Shown piece after piece: positions 1 through 9,383 of a stretch of 64,000 bases of DNA; position 1 is the first letter of the stretch, and each line of letters begins with the position of its first letter. The stretch comes from an uncultured delta proteobacterium (GTDB taxonomy: Bacteria > Desulfobacterota > Syntrophorhabdia > Syntrophorhabdales > WCHB1-27). Location of the stretch: positions 122,546-186,545 of the forward strand of contig CAWEPK010000001.1 in the NCBI GenBank assembly GCA_963810935.1. Reading direction: 5' to 3'. The notes beneath the pieces were generated by a model, which was not told the DNA's origin, did not search any database, and worked only from the letters and a program-made list of their open reading frames with translations. The translations under genes were made by a program, and so were the position numbers.

Positions 1-317
1 GAGAAGGGGAAGGGGTTCGGCCTCTGGAAGACCATGCCTACCCTGCGCCGCAGGTCGATGATGTCCATCGTCTCGATAGATGCGCCGTCGATCGTGATGT
101 CGCCCTCTATGGTGACGCCGTCCACCAGGTCGTTCATCCTGTTGAAGCAGCGCAGGAGCGTCGATTTCCCGCAGCCCGACGGGCCTATAAGAGAGGTGAT
201 GGAGTTCTTATACACCTGGAAATCGACGCCTTTGAGCGCGTGAAAGAGGCCGTAATGCAGGTTCAGCCCTTTCGTGCGCAGCGCAGTCTGCAAGCCTGTT
301 GAAAAGTCTTCTCTCAT
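1..317 (-). CDS. pstB: Phosphate ABC transporter ATP-binding protein (second copy; 3' end runs off the window)
   Basis: Manual translation from ATG 317: [23 protein letters not shown]...[19 protein letters not shown]...[18 protein letters not shown]. Walker A and PstB motifs; ATGA overlap with the upstream pstB. Confidence 0.92.
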   Translation of the reverse strand, partial: MREDFSTGLQTALRTKGLNLHYGLFHALKGVDFQVYKNSITSLIGPSGCGKSTLLRCFNRMNDLVDGVTIEGDITIDGASIETMDIIDLRRRVGMVFQRPNPFPF

Positions 318-1075
318 CCGAATTTCCCCAGCACGTAATCCTCGGTCAGCTTGTGCTCCGGCTTCGTGAAGACGTTAACGGCCCGGCCGAACTCGATGAG
401 CTTGCCCATATAGAAAAAGGCGACGAAATCGGACGCCCTGGCAATCTGCTTCGTGTTGTTCGAGACGAGGATGATGGTATGGTACGTCTTAAGCTCCGAT
501 ATGGCCTCTTCGATCTTGGCCGTGGAGATGGGGTCGAGGCCGGAGCACGGCTCGTCGAGCAGGATGATCTCCGGCTGCAAAGCCAGCGTGCGCGCCAGGC
601 AGAGCCTTTGCTGCTGGCCGCCCGAAAGCTTAAGGGCCGATTCGCTCAGCCTGTTTTTCACCTCATCCCATAGGAACGCTTTCTTGAGGCTTTCCTCGAC
701 GATGGCGTGAAGCTCCGAGCGCTTGTTGACGCCCTTCAGGCGCGACCCGAAGGCGACGTTCTCGAAAATGGAGCGGGGCAGGGGGATGGGCGTGGCGAAG
801 ACGGTGCCCACCTTTTTCCGCAGGGCCGTGTCATCGGTCTTGTCAGAGAGCAACCCGAAGCCCTCGACATAGACCTCGCCTTCGAAGCTGCCGTTGTCCT
901 CGAAGTTTATCAGGCCGTTGATGACAGAGATAAAGGACGATTTGCCGCTCGCGGACGGCCCCATGAGGCCGAGCACGGATTTCTCGTAGACGTCGAGGTC
1001 TACCGATTTGAGCGCCTCCTTTTTGTCGAAGCGGACGCTCAGGTTTCTGACCCGTATCTTCGTATTGTGCTGCAT
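314..1075 (-). CDS. pstB: Phosphate ABC transporter ATP-binding protein
   Basis: C-terminal part of ORF 314..1384 from [39 protein letters not shown]; ends YVLGKFG. Confidence 0.93.
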   Translation of the reverse strand: MQHNTKIRVRNLSVRFDKKEALKSVDLDVYEKSVLGLMGPSASGKSSFISVINGLINFEDNGSFEGEVYVEGFGLLSDKTDDTALRKKVGTVFATPIPLPRSIFENVAFGSRLKGVNKRSELHAIVEESLKKAFLWDEVKNRLSESALKLSGGQQQRLCLARTLALQPEIILLDEPCSGLDPISTAKIEEAISELKTYHTIILVSNNTKQIARASDFVAFFYMGKLIEFGRAVNVFTKPEHKLTEDYVLGKFG

Positions 1076-1911
1076 CAGGAATACCTGGCTATCATCCTGT
1101 GCATGATCCAGTACGCCAGGACGTTGATGATGAGAATGGAGAAGACGAGGACGAGGGCGGTAGCGTAAGCTTTTTCCATGGAGATGCCCTCTCTGGCGAG
1201 GATGTAAAAGTGGACGGCCATCGTCCTGCCCGAGTCCATTATGCTCGCGGGCAGCCGGAGCGAGCTGCCCATAGTGAAGATGACTGCGGCCGTCTCGCTC
1301 ACCGCCCTGCCTATGCTCAGCATTATGCCCGTGAGGATGCCGGGGGCCGCGGAAGGCAGTATGACGCGGGTCACCGTCTCCCACTTCGTCGCGCCGAGAG
1401 AGAAACTGACCGTGCGCAGGTTCTTCGGGACCGCTTTAATGGCCTCCTCGCTTGTCCTGATGATCGTCGGCAGCACCATTATCGCGATGGTCAGGGTGCC
1501 CGACAGAAGCGACCAGCCCATCTTGAGCTTGATGACGAAAAATATGAAGCCGAACAGGCCGTAAATGATCGAAGGTATGCCTGCAAGCGATTCTACGCCG
1601 AAGCGGATCACGCGGGTCAGGTTAGATTCCCTCGTGTACTCGGTGAGATATATCGCAGTGCCGATGCCGAGAGGCGTGGCGAAGGCTATCGAAAGGACGC
1701 CGAGGAAGAGCGTGCCCACGATGGAGGGGAAAATGCCGCCGAGCCTGCCCATATCTTCCGGGTAGGAGAAGATGAATTCCGTCGTGACGTAAGGGAAGCC
1801 CTTGACGAAGATGACAAGGACTATCGCGACCAGGATGGCAACAGTGAAGATAGCCTGGGCGCTGAAAGCCACCCGCATCGCCTTGTCGGTAATCCTCGGA
1901 GGCACCCTCAC
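1075..1911 (-). CDS. pstA: Phosphate ABC transporter permease PstA
   Basis: GTG start overlaps the pstC stop; hydrophobic; LAGIPSIIYGLFG and EEAIKAVP...SLGATKWET motifs. Confidence 0.93.
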   Translation of the reverse strand: MRVPPRITDKAMRVAFSAQAIFTVAILVAIVLVIFVKGFPYVTTEFIFSYPEDMGRLGGIFPSIVGTLFLGVLSIAFATPLGIGTAIYLTEYTRESNLTRVIRFGVESLAGIPSIIYGLFGFIFFVIKLKMGWSLLSGTLTIAIMVLPTIIRTSEEAIKAVPKNLRTVSFSLGATKWETVTRVILPSAAPGILTGIMLSIGRAVSETAAVIFTMGSSLRLPASIMDSGRTMAVHFYILAREGISMEKAYATALVLVFSILIINVLAYWIMHRMIARYS

Positions 1912-2771
1912 TTTGCGACCCTCCTCTTCACCCAGAAATTTGCGAGAAGGTTCAGGCTCATGATGATCACGAGGAGGACGACGCCGGTGGAGAAGAGGGA
2001 CTCCCTGTGGTCTCCCGTTGCATATGCCAGCTCGAGGGCGATATTGCTCGTGAGGGTGCGCAGCGGGTCGGTAAGGCTCGTGGGTATCTTGAGGGCGTTG
2101 CCGGCGACCATGATAACTGCCATCGTTTCCCCGACTGCCCGTCCCATGCCGAGTATGAAGCTTGCGAGGATGCCGGAGCGCGCGGCCGGCAGCACGATCC
2201 TGTAAACCGTCTGCCATTTCGTCGCTCCCATGGCGAAGGAGCCCTCCCGGAAAGCAGGCGGGACGGTCATGAGCGAGTCGAAGGAGATGCTCGTAATCGT
2301 GGGGAGTATCATGATCCCGAGGACTACCGAGGTGGAGAGTATCGAGAAACCGGAACCTCCGAGGTATTCACGGATAAGCGGCACGATATAGATGACTCCC
2401 AGAAAGCCGTAGACGACCGAGGGTATGCCGGCGAGCAGCTCCAGAGACGGCTTCAGCACTATTTTTGTTTTCTTCCCGGCGTATTCCGAAAGGTAGACTG
2501 CGCACGCAAGGGCGAGGGGGGCGCCCACGATGAGCGCGCCGAAGGTGACCATGAATGATGAGATGATCATGGGGAAAATGCCGAAGAACCCCTTGGTCGG
2601 CGCCCACTTCATGCCGAACACGATATTTCTGACCCCTACCTTATAAAAAAGCGGCAGCCCTTCCGTCAGGATGAAGAGGAAAATTATAAAAAGAAAAAGC
2701 AGGGACGAGAGGGCGAAGAGGATAAGCACGAGCCTGATGAAGTTTTCCTTGCCGAACGCTTTCTTATTCAT
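1908..2771 (-). CDS. pstC: Phosphate ABC transporter permease PstC
   Basis: ELLAGIPSVVYG and GMGRAVGETMAV motifs; pst operon position. Confidence 0.95.
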   Translation of the reverse strand: MNKKAFGKENFIRLVLILFALSSLLFLFIIFLFILTEGLPLFYKVGVRNIVFGMKWAPTKGFFGIFPMIISSFMVTFGALIVGAPLALACAVYLSEYAGKKTKIVLKPSLELLAGIPSVVYGFLGVIYIVPLIREYLGGSGFSILSTSVVLGIMILPTITSISFDSLMTVPPAFREGSFAMGATKWQTVYRIVLPAARSGILASFILGMGRAVGETMAVIMVAGNALKIPTSLTDPLRTLTSNIALELAYATGDHRESLFSTGVVLLVIIMSLNLLANFWVKRRVAK

Positions 2772-3579
2772 TAATCGGAATGAGACCTTCCTTTTTCAGT
2801 ATCTGCTGCCCTTCTCTGGAAAGCACATAAGCCATAAAAAAACCCGCCGCCGCGCCGGGCTCTCCTTTTGTCAGGTAGAGGAACGGCCTGACGATGCGGT
2901 ATTTCCCGCTCATTATATTGGCGGCCGTTGCGTCCACACGATCGACGGCGACAGCCTTCACCTTGCTGTCTAATACCCCCAAAGAGATATACCCGATGGC
3001 GTAGGGGTCGGTTGCGACGACCTCCTTGACCGAGCCGTTCGAGTCCTGCACCATCGTGCTGTCGTCGATGCCCGTCTTGCCCATCACCAGCTCTTCGAAA
3101 GCGCCCCGCGTGCCGGACCCTTCTTCCCTGGTCACGGTGTCTATGTTCCTGTCTATCCAGCCCAGAGATTTCCAGTTTTTGAGCTTCCCGCTGTAAAGGT
3201 CCCTTATCTGCTCTAAGGTTATGTTCCTCATCGGGTTTGCCGGATTAACGACGATGGCTATCCCGTCGTGGCATATGACCGTTTGCTTCAGAATCAGCTC
3301 GTCGCCTTTCAGCTCCCTGGAAGACATGCCGATACCCACGGTTCCGTTGACGCAGGCCTGGATGCCTGCCGACGAGCCCCCGCCCTGTACGTTGACCGTT
3401 ATGCGCGGGTGCTCGATCTTGAAGTGCTCGGCCAGTTTTTCGGTGAAAGGCATGACTGACGTCGAGCCTGCTACAGTGACCGTGCTGCGGGCTTTTGAGG
3501 CGCCCTCCGCCTGGCCGTTGCAGGCGAGCAGACAGGGCACGAGTAAGAGAAGAAGCAGACTGCCGAACGCAATTCTCAT
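2764..3579 (-). CDS. pstS: Phosphate-binding lipoprotein PstS
   Basis: Signal peptide and lipobox (LLAC); AGSTSV, GGGSSAG, REEGSGTR motifs. Confidence 0.93.
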   Translation of the reverse strand: MRIAFGSLLLLLLVPCLLACNGQAEGASKARSTVTVAGSTSVMPFTEKLAEHFKIEHPRITVNVQGGGSSAGIQACVNGTVGIGMSSRELKGDELILKQTVICHDGIAIVVNPANPMRNITLEQIRDLYSGKLKNWKSLGWIDRNIDTVTREEGSGTRGAFEELVMGKTGIDDSTMVQDSNGSVKEVVATDPYAIGYISLGVLDSKVKAVAVDRVDATAANIMSGKYRIVRPFLYLTKGEPGAAAGFFMAYVLSREGQQILKKEGLIPINE

Positions 3580-4264
3580 AAGGAGTCTGACGGGTTGCTT
3601 CAGGTGCCTGATTATCTTTCCGTCCACCAGGAATATGACCAGCTCGGCGATGTTGACCGCGTGATCGGCCAGTCTTTCGAGATATTTGCCTATGAAGAGC
3701 AGCCTGGTGGCGCGTGAGATGGTCTTCAGGTCCTCTGACATATAGGTCAGCAGGCTCGCGGAAGACCTGCTCTGTAACATGGTCCACCTTCTCGTCGTCG
3801 CTCATGACCTTCGACGCCAGACGCGTGTCTTCCTTCACGAACGCCTCAAGCGATTCTTTCACCATAGTCTGGGCGATCTCGGCCACGTGAGGCAGGTCGA
3901 TATACGGCTTCAACTGGGGCTCCAGGTTCAGGTCGAGCACCCGCTCGCAAACGTTGACCGCCATGTCCCCCATGCGCTCAAGGTCGTAGTTGATCTTTAT
4001 AGCAGTCGTGATGAATCGAAGGTCCTTTGCCGCAGGCTGCCTGAGGGCGAGCAGCTTCAGGCAAAACTCCTCTATCTCGACCTCGTTCCTGTTTATGTCG
4101 TCATCGTCAGCGATTACGCGTCTCGCCAGCTCGGAGTCCCTGTTTTGCAGGGCATCGATGGCATTGCGCACTGCCTTCTCGACAAGCGACCCTTCAAAAA
4201 GGATCTTTGCCTTCAGCTCCCTAAGCTCTTCATCGAAAAGCTTGTAAATATGTCCCTCGATCAA
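3576..4264 (-). CDS. phoU: Phosphate signalling protein PhoU (two apparent +1 sequence errors, near 3755 and 3593)
   Basis: N-part in ORF 3245..4264 (QPAAKDLR, DLERMGD); C-part in ORF 2764..3780 (YLERLADHAVNIAE). One extra base in GAGCCTG separates the frames. Confidence 0.9.
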
Positions 4265-4448
4265 TAGTTATGCCCTCCCCACCCAATTATAGAATGTTTT
4301 CGTACGGGACACAATAGCGCCGATAACCGGGCTGGGCTGACCCACCGATCTAATCGTGAAAAACCGTGCCGCCGTGTCCCTTTCTCTTTATGAGGGGGCG
4401 ACCGGGTACCCGCTGCGGGTGTCCCGGTAATTGGCCCGTTCACATCGC

Positions 4449-4477
4449 TTGACACAACGGCGCCAATTTTGTATACA
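4449..4477 (+). promoter_or_regulatory. Putative sigma70 promoter of the Phe leader / MBL hydrolase
   Basis: TTGACA (4449-4454), 17 nt spacer, TATACA (4472-4477). Confidence 0.55.
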
Positions 4478-4519
4478 TATACGGCAACATTGAACGTGCA
4501 GACAGGAGAGGAGCTTAAA

Positions 4520-4576
4520 GTGACGACGCACAACTATTCCTTTTTCTTTTTTAGGAGGGCTCATCCTTGCCCCTGA
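4520..4576 (+). CDS. Phe-rich attenuator leader peptide MTTHNYSFFFFRRAHPCP (18 aa)
   Basis: RBS AGGAGAGGAG (4504-4513); GTG 4520; TAT TCC TTT TTC TTT TTT; TGA 4574-4576; overlaps the antiterminator arm. Confidence 0.8.
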   Translation: MTTHNYSFFFFRRAHPCP

Positions 4577-4675
4577 CGTGAGATAGCGACAGGAGCCGTG
4601 GGTGAGCCCTTTGCGCGCCCGCGGCTTTTTTGTTTCGATTGAAAGGCCGTGGGACCAAAAGTCTCACGGCCTTTC
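4556..4675 (+). promoter_or_regulatory. Transcription attenuator: antiterminator, terminator and second hairpin
   Basis: AGGGCTCATCC (4556-66) pairs with GGGTGAGCCCT (4600-10). Mutually exclusive terminator AGCCGTGGG (4594-4602)/CCCGCGGCT (4618-26) plus T-tract. Second hairpin GAAAGGCCGTGGGAC/GTCTCACGGCCTTTC (4641-4675). Confidence 0.8.
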
Positions 4676-4721
4676 GGCTTGTTCGGGCACCATCAGACCA
4701 TCGATAAGGAGGACGTTTTAA

Positions 4722-5657
4722 ATGGCCGTCAACATCCAGAAACCAATCCGGCTGACCGGGCACCTTTTCCAGTTGGGGACCCCTGCCTTTCCCGTCTATC
4801 TCTCGATAGGGAAGGAAGCGATGCTCGTGGAGGGCGGAACAGGCGCCACGTTCCGGATGATCGTCGACCAAATCGATTATCTCGGGATCGACCCGGAAAC
4901 GATCAAGTATATAGTCCTGACCCATTCCCACCCCGACCATATAGGCGCCGTCCCGCACCTTCAGCGCGCCTGGCCGCATATGCGGCTCCTCACGAGCGCG
5001 ACGGGCAAAGAGGTGCTGGGCAAGACCACGCTCTTCAAGCAGTTCCAGATCGTAGACCTGGGGATAGCGCAACTCATGAAGGCAAAGGGAGAGATAGACG
5101 CGCTGCCCGACCCGATAAAATATTACGCCTTCCAGGTAGACTCCGTCGTGAAAGAGGGAGACAGGATCGATTTGGGGGGAGGCATCGTATGGCGCGTTTA
5201 CGAGACGCCCGGCCATTCACCCTGCCATATCTCGCTTTTTGAGGAGCGGGAGAAAACCCTGGCCCTGGGGGACGCGGGCGGCTTTTACGTGCCCGGAAAG
5301 TGCGCCTTCTGGCCCAACTATTTCGAGTCCCTCGACAAGTACTGCGCGAGCCTCAGAAAGCTCGCCTCTCTTCCCGCCTGCCGGGCCGTCCTTAGCCACA
5401 ACGGCATGATCGATGGCGACGTATCGGGTCACCTGCAAAAAGCCATGAAAGCGGCCGAGCTTTATCACCTGGAGACGGTCGCAAGGGTAGCCCGCGGGGA
5501 AAGCGCGGAAAAAATCGCCATGGACAAGGCCAGGTTCGTAGACAGCCTGACGGACATCCAGCCTTTCCGGACCATATACGACCTGTGCGAGCTGATGATT
5601 AAGAATTCCACCTCAAACGGCAAAGGCGATTACCTGTCCAGGGCCGCCGGTGAATAG
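4722..5657 (+). CDS. MBL-fold metallo-hydrolase (possibly PqsE-like thioesterase class)
   Basis: THSHPDH (HxHxDH), TPGHS, GDA and LSH metal ligands; RBS AAGGAGGA. Confidence 0.88.
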   Translation: MAVNIQKPIRLTGHLFQLGTPAFPVYLSIGKEAMLVEGGTGATFRMIVDQIDYLGIDPETIKYIVLTHSHPDHIGAVPHLQRAWPHMRLLTSATGKEVLGKTTLFKQFQIVDLGIAQLMKAKGEIDALPDPIKYYAFQVDSVVKEGDRIDLGGGIVWRVYETPGHSPCHISLFEEREKTLALGDAGGFYVPGKCAFWPNYFESLDKYCASLRKLASLPACRAVLSHNGMIDGDVSGHLQKAMKAAELYHLETVARVARGESAEKIAMDKARFVDSLTDIQPFRTIYDLCELMIKNSTSNGKGDYLSRAAGE

Positions 5658-5729
5658 GACGCAAAAAACGGGTGGGTAAGCCGGGCCTTTTAGAGCGTTT
5701 TGCAAAGTTAAGCACCGATTCTCTCGGTC

Positions 5730-5805
5730 GTCACCCCGGTGAAAACCGGGGTCCAGTACTTGCAAACTCTTAAAAATACTGGATGCCGGCTTCCGCCGGC
5801 ATGAC
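5730..5805. repeat. REP-like double palindrome between convergent genes
   Basis: GTCACCCCGGTGAAAACCGGGGTCCAG ... CTGGATGCCGGCTTCCGCCGGCATGAC: two inverted hairpin units. Confidence 0.7.
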
Positions 5806-5910
5806 GAAGGGAGACGAACCGGCGGAACTCAAACGGGAATGAATTCTGCGGAATGATATAACGCCCATGCCTGCCCACACCCGGTGTTCGCGCCTGCTTC
5901 TTTTAAGCGC

Positions 5911-7347
5911 TTACTTCTTGATGCCCGCCAGCCTTTTGGCCGCGCGCTTTTTGCTCTCAAGGTCCGTTTCGCGATAAATCGTTACCCTGTGCGCCTCAGG
6001 CGAGCCGCCGCCGTGGATGTCGGAGATCGTGTCCGCGCTTTCCAAGGCCATCTTCTCGACGAACCTGTACATCTTCACGCGGTCCCCTACGTCATGGCCG
6101 CCCGCCGCTTTGAGGTACTTCTTCAAAAGCGGCCCGACTTCCGGGTTGTCGAAGTCCTTGTCGGATGGAAGGTCCGCTACGAACCCGCCGCAGATATCGA
6201 TCATAAGGCGGATCGCCTCGGCCACTTCCTTGCCCTCGTGGAGCTTGGAGGCGTTGGCCAGCACCGTGTTGATATAATAGTTGCCCGAAGGCTGCCTGCG
6301 TCCCTCGTAGGAAGCCGCGAGGCAGCATGCGTAGAGCGTCTCCGCCCTGTGGATCATGTCGATGATCTTCTGCTTGTGGTGGCTTACCTTTGCGGTGCCG
6401 TTATAGTCCATCAGCGTCAGGGCCGCACCGATCATGCAATCGATCTTGCCCGACTTGCAGCCGCCGTGGCTCTGCCTGTGGAGGGACGAGAACTTTACTA
6501 CCATATCCTGGGCGAACTCCGTCTCGCCGCACATAAAAACACGTTCCCAAGGCACGAACACGTCGTCGAAAATGACCGTCGGGCAGTACTTCGAATAGAG
6601 CGTGTTCCCGATGTCGCAACCGTCGATTTCGCGCATGTCGAGCGTAGACCTGCCGACCACGTGTATCACCCCCTTCGTATCCGCCGGGACCGCGAAGGCA
6701 AGGGCGTAGTCCTTGTCGTCCTTGCCCATCGCGCGCGTGGGCAGGACGATCAGCTCGTGGACCGACAGCGACCCCGTCTGGTGGGCCTTCGCTCCGCGCA
6801 CGACGATGCCGTCCTTCTTTCTTTCCACTACGCGCATGTACATGTCTTTGTCCGGCTGCTCCGTGGGGCCGAGGGAGCGGTCGCCCTTCACGTCGGTTAC
6901 GCCTGCGTTGGCGGCCAAGTCGTTCTTCTGCACGTGCTTCAGGAATTCGGTGAAGCGGGCGTTGTATTCCGTCCCGTATTTCCGGTCGATGTCATAAGTG
7001 ACGATGGCGAGCGTCGAGAGGCAGTCGAGCCCCGTGCAGCGCTGGTGGCAGGTGCCCACGAAGTTGCCGAGCCCTCGGTTGACCTTTACCCGCGCCACCA
7101 GGTCTTCGATGCTCGAAGGGGGCAGGGTGAAGCGGTTGACCGGCTCGTTGATGAGGGGTGACTGCGTGACTACGTAATCCCTGTACTCGTCCATGCCCGC
7201 TATCTCATAAGTCGCCCCGGTCGCCTCTATGCCTGCCCGCAGGCGCGGGTGGTCCACAATGTTCGTAAGGCGCTCGCCGAACATGTAAGCCGTGGGATGC
7301 AAAGCCCGCAGCGACTCTATATACTCTTCTCTTGTTTTAAGTCCCAT
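5911..7347 (-). CDS. 4-hydroxybutyryl-CoA dehydratase (AbfD) / HpaB-family FAD, [4Fe-4S] protein
   Basis: Start MGLKTREEY; CHQRC, TDVKGDRS, RGAKAHQTG, HRQSHGGCK, HGGGSPEA. Retains the Cys/His cluster ligands of the AbfD branch. Confidence 0.85.
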   Translation of the reverse strand: MGLKTREEYIESLRALHPTAYMFGERLTNIVDHPRLRAGIEATGATYEIAGMDEYRDYVVTQSPLINEPVNRFTLPPSSIEDLVARVKVNRGLGNFVGTCHQRCTGLDCLSTLAIVTYDIDRKYGTEYNARFTEFLKHVQKNDLAANAGVTDVKGDRSLGPTEQPDKDMYMRVVERKKDGIVVRGAKAHQTGSLSVHELIVLPTRAMGKDDKDYALAFAVPADTKGVIHVVGRSTLDMREIDGCDIGNTLYSKYCPTVIFDDVFVPWERVFMCGETEFAQDMVVKFSSLHRQSHGGCKSGKIDCMIGAALTLMDYNGTAKVSHHKQKIIDMIHRAETLYACCLAASYEGRRQPSGNYYINTVLANASKLHEGKEVAEAIRLMIDICGGFVADLPSDKDFDNPEVGPLLKKYLKAAGGHDVGDRVKMYRFVEKMALESADTISDIHGGGSPEAHRVTIYRETDLESKKRAAKRLAGIKK

Positions 7348-7381
7348 TTCCCGTAACCTCCTTGCAATATGATGATGCGAA

Positions 7382-8083
7382 TCAGAATTCCGATCGTTCC
7401 TGCTCTGCCAACATCTGCCGGACGGCATCCAAAACCTGCCGCTTGACGCTCGATACGTGCCCCGCAATAATAGAGCGCGCCTTCTTCGCGTCCTTCCGGA
7501 CGATGCAGTCGTATATCTGCTGGTGCTCCTCGTCGACCGACTGGAGCGATGAAACGGGGAGATAATTACCGCCGTACTTGAGAAAAAGTATGTCGAACAG
7601 GTTTTGAAGGATACGCATTTGCGTTTCCTTGCCCGATATCGACGCAAGGGTCAGGTGAAACTCCTTGTTTTTGAAAAGCCTTTCTTTCAGGTAGGACTCC
7701 CGCTGCGCAGACCTGTGGGCCTCGAGTGCGGACTTCAGCTCCGCAAGCGCCTTAGCGTCCATGCGCTCCATGGCAGGCTCGACCAGCGAAGTCTCAAGCA
7801 GCTCGCGCAGCTCGTATATCTCCTCTATCTCCTTCGTGCTGAACGGCGCCATGACGTAGCCCCGGTTCGCCTCGTGGCGCACGAACCCCTGCAGCTCCAG
7901 CCATTTCAGCGCCTGGATGATGGGCGTCGGGCTCATCTGCAGCCGCTCCGCAAGCTCCCGGTAGGCGATCTTTTGGCCCGGCACAAGCTCTTTATTGTAG
8001 AGCATCCGGCGCAGGCCCTGGTATGCGGCCCGGCTCCGGTCCTCTCCTTCACCATGCGTGTGATCAGTCACGATTTTTGCCAC
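7382..8083 (-). CDS. GntR/FCD-family transcriptional regulator
   Basis: wHTH ELAERLQMSPTPIIQALKWLE; FCD-type EIYELRELLE and EEHQQIYDCI. Confidence 0.9.
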   Translation of the reverse strand: MAKIVTDHTHGEGEDRSRAAYQGLRRMLYNKELVPGQKIAYRELAERLQMSPTPIIQALKWLELQGFVRHEANRGYVMAPFSTKEIEEIYELRELLETSLVEPAMERMDAKALAELKSALEAHRSAQRESYLKERLFKNKEFHLTLASISGKETQMRILQNLFDILFLKYGGNYLPVSSLQSVDEEHQQIYDCIVRKDAKKARSIIAGHVSSVKRQVLDAVRQMLAEQERSEF

Positions 8084-8200
8084 TACTCGTCCCCCCTTGT
8101 GGACGAACAAGCAACTTAATCTAAAATTTAATTAACTTTTCGCCTGGGGTCAAGCAAATTATGGGCTTCACGAGAAAGACTGTTGAAAGGCTCGGCGGGT

Positions 8201-8833
8201 TTATGCAGCTTTTCTGGCCTTGAGCGTCTTCCTGAGTCTTATCAGGCCGGCTTCTATCCTCACGAAGGAGATGCTCTTTCGGTCCATCTTGTCCAGGTCC
8301 AGGCCGTACCTGCCGGCAAGGTCTTTTACAATGGATAGCGGCTCGGGGTCGGCTTTTTTCCAGTATGGCCTCAACTCCCTCAGGAATATGTTGACCGTCA
8401 CGGGGCCGACGCCGTAAAAGCCGAGTATCCTGTTTTCCAGGTCCCGGCTGTCCGCGGCCTCACGGTGCAGGCGGCTTAGGCTGCCCCCGTAATCCTTGAT
8501 GAGCTGCTCGCAATTGCGCAGGATCTCGCGCGATGTCTTTTCGTCGTAGCGGACGTATCCGCCTTCCCTCATGATGGGGTGGACGAGGAAATTCCAGCCT
8601 GCCTCAATGATGGCGTGCGGTGTCAATTTACCGTGTTTTTCGAAGGCCCGATAAGTACGCTCGGCGACCGACTCCGATATGCGCGCCCCGAACAGGACGC
8701 TTGCGAGGAACCACTTGAACAGCTCGGCATCGTTTCCTCCCTTGAGATCGATGCCGAGCTCCTCGGCATACGTCCGGCTCTTCTTGAGGGAATTGACGCT
8801 AATGTCGCGGCCCTCCGCCGCTTTCTTCCCCAT
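8201..8833 (-). CDS. HhH-GPD / endonuclease III-like protein
   Basis: LFKWFLASVLFGARIS and HhH-like GFYGVGPVTVNIFLRE. Confidence 0.65.
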   Translation of the reverse strand: MGKKAAEGRDISVNSLKKSRTYAEELGIDLKGGNDAELFKWFLASVLFGARISESVAERTYRAFEKHGKLTPHAIIEAGWNFLVHPIMREGGYVRYDEKTSREILRNCEQLIKDYGGSLSRLHREAADSRDLENRILGFYGVGPVTVNIFLRELRPYWKKADPEPLSIVKDLAGRYGLDLDKMDRKSISFVRIEAGLIRLRKTLKARKAA

Positions 8834-8901
8834 GCAACCAACGTAATCTCTTTTTTTTCAAAAGAAAAGGGGGTTTACGTTGGATTAAGCTCGACCGGTT
8901 T

Positions 8902-9234
8902 TTAGCAATGCTCGCAAAGGCTTTCGCATTTCTGAGGCTCGTGTGGCGCCGCCTTCGTCAGCTCCGACCGCAGCGTAAAGCCCGAGCCTAAAGCACCCTC
9001 TGTATAATCGATCTTTATCGGCTTTACCCTGCCAAGCAGTGTTTTGTCGACAATGAACGTCAGGCCTTTCTCCGTGAAGATATGATCGTCCTCCCTTTGC
9101 TCGTCGAGGCCCATCACGAGATACGGCCCCTTCCATCCGCCCTCGGTCATCAGGACCCTTATGCTACGTGTCCCTTCGCGCCCTTCGAGGAGCTGCTTCA
9201 TCACTTCCGATGCTTTTTCGCTTACCTCAAACAT
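8902..9234 (-). CDS. IscA/HesB-family protein
   Basis: MFEVSEKA...IRV...GGWKGP...MGLDE...FIVDKTL: HesB-like pattern. Confidence 0.82.
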   Translation of the reverse strand: MFEVSEKASEVMKQLLEGREGTRSIRVLMTEGGWKGPYLVMGLDEQREDDHIFTEKGLTFIVDKTLLGRVKPIKIDYTEGALGSGFTLRSELTKAAPHEPQKCESLCEHC

Positions 9235-9383
9235 GCGAGCCTCCCTGGCTTTAGTTCAGGGCGAGGCAACCGCCTGCCCCGGCCTTTCGTATCGATCGCT
9301 TTGAATGGAATCTAATGGTGGGAGGATTAATTGTCAACCGGCCGATAGCCGGAGGGATTTCCGACGGGGCGCCAGCCCGGCCG

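Noticed and set aside
2764..3780. Apparent PhoU-PstS in-frame fusion
   Set aside because: Removing one base near 3593 gives ...QPSDSL-TGA overlapping the pstS ATG (ATGA), the same coupling seen elsewhere in the operon; PstS has its own signal peptide.
5884..7161. Long antisense ORFs (also 9618..11186, 17576..18976, 23511..25922, 28609..29913)
   Set aside because: Shadow ORFs opposite well-supported genes, expected at high GC; no recognisable motifs.
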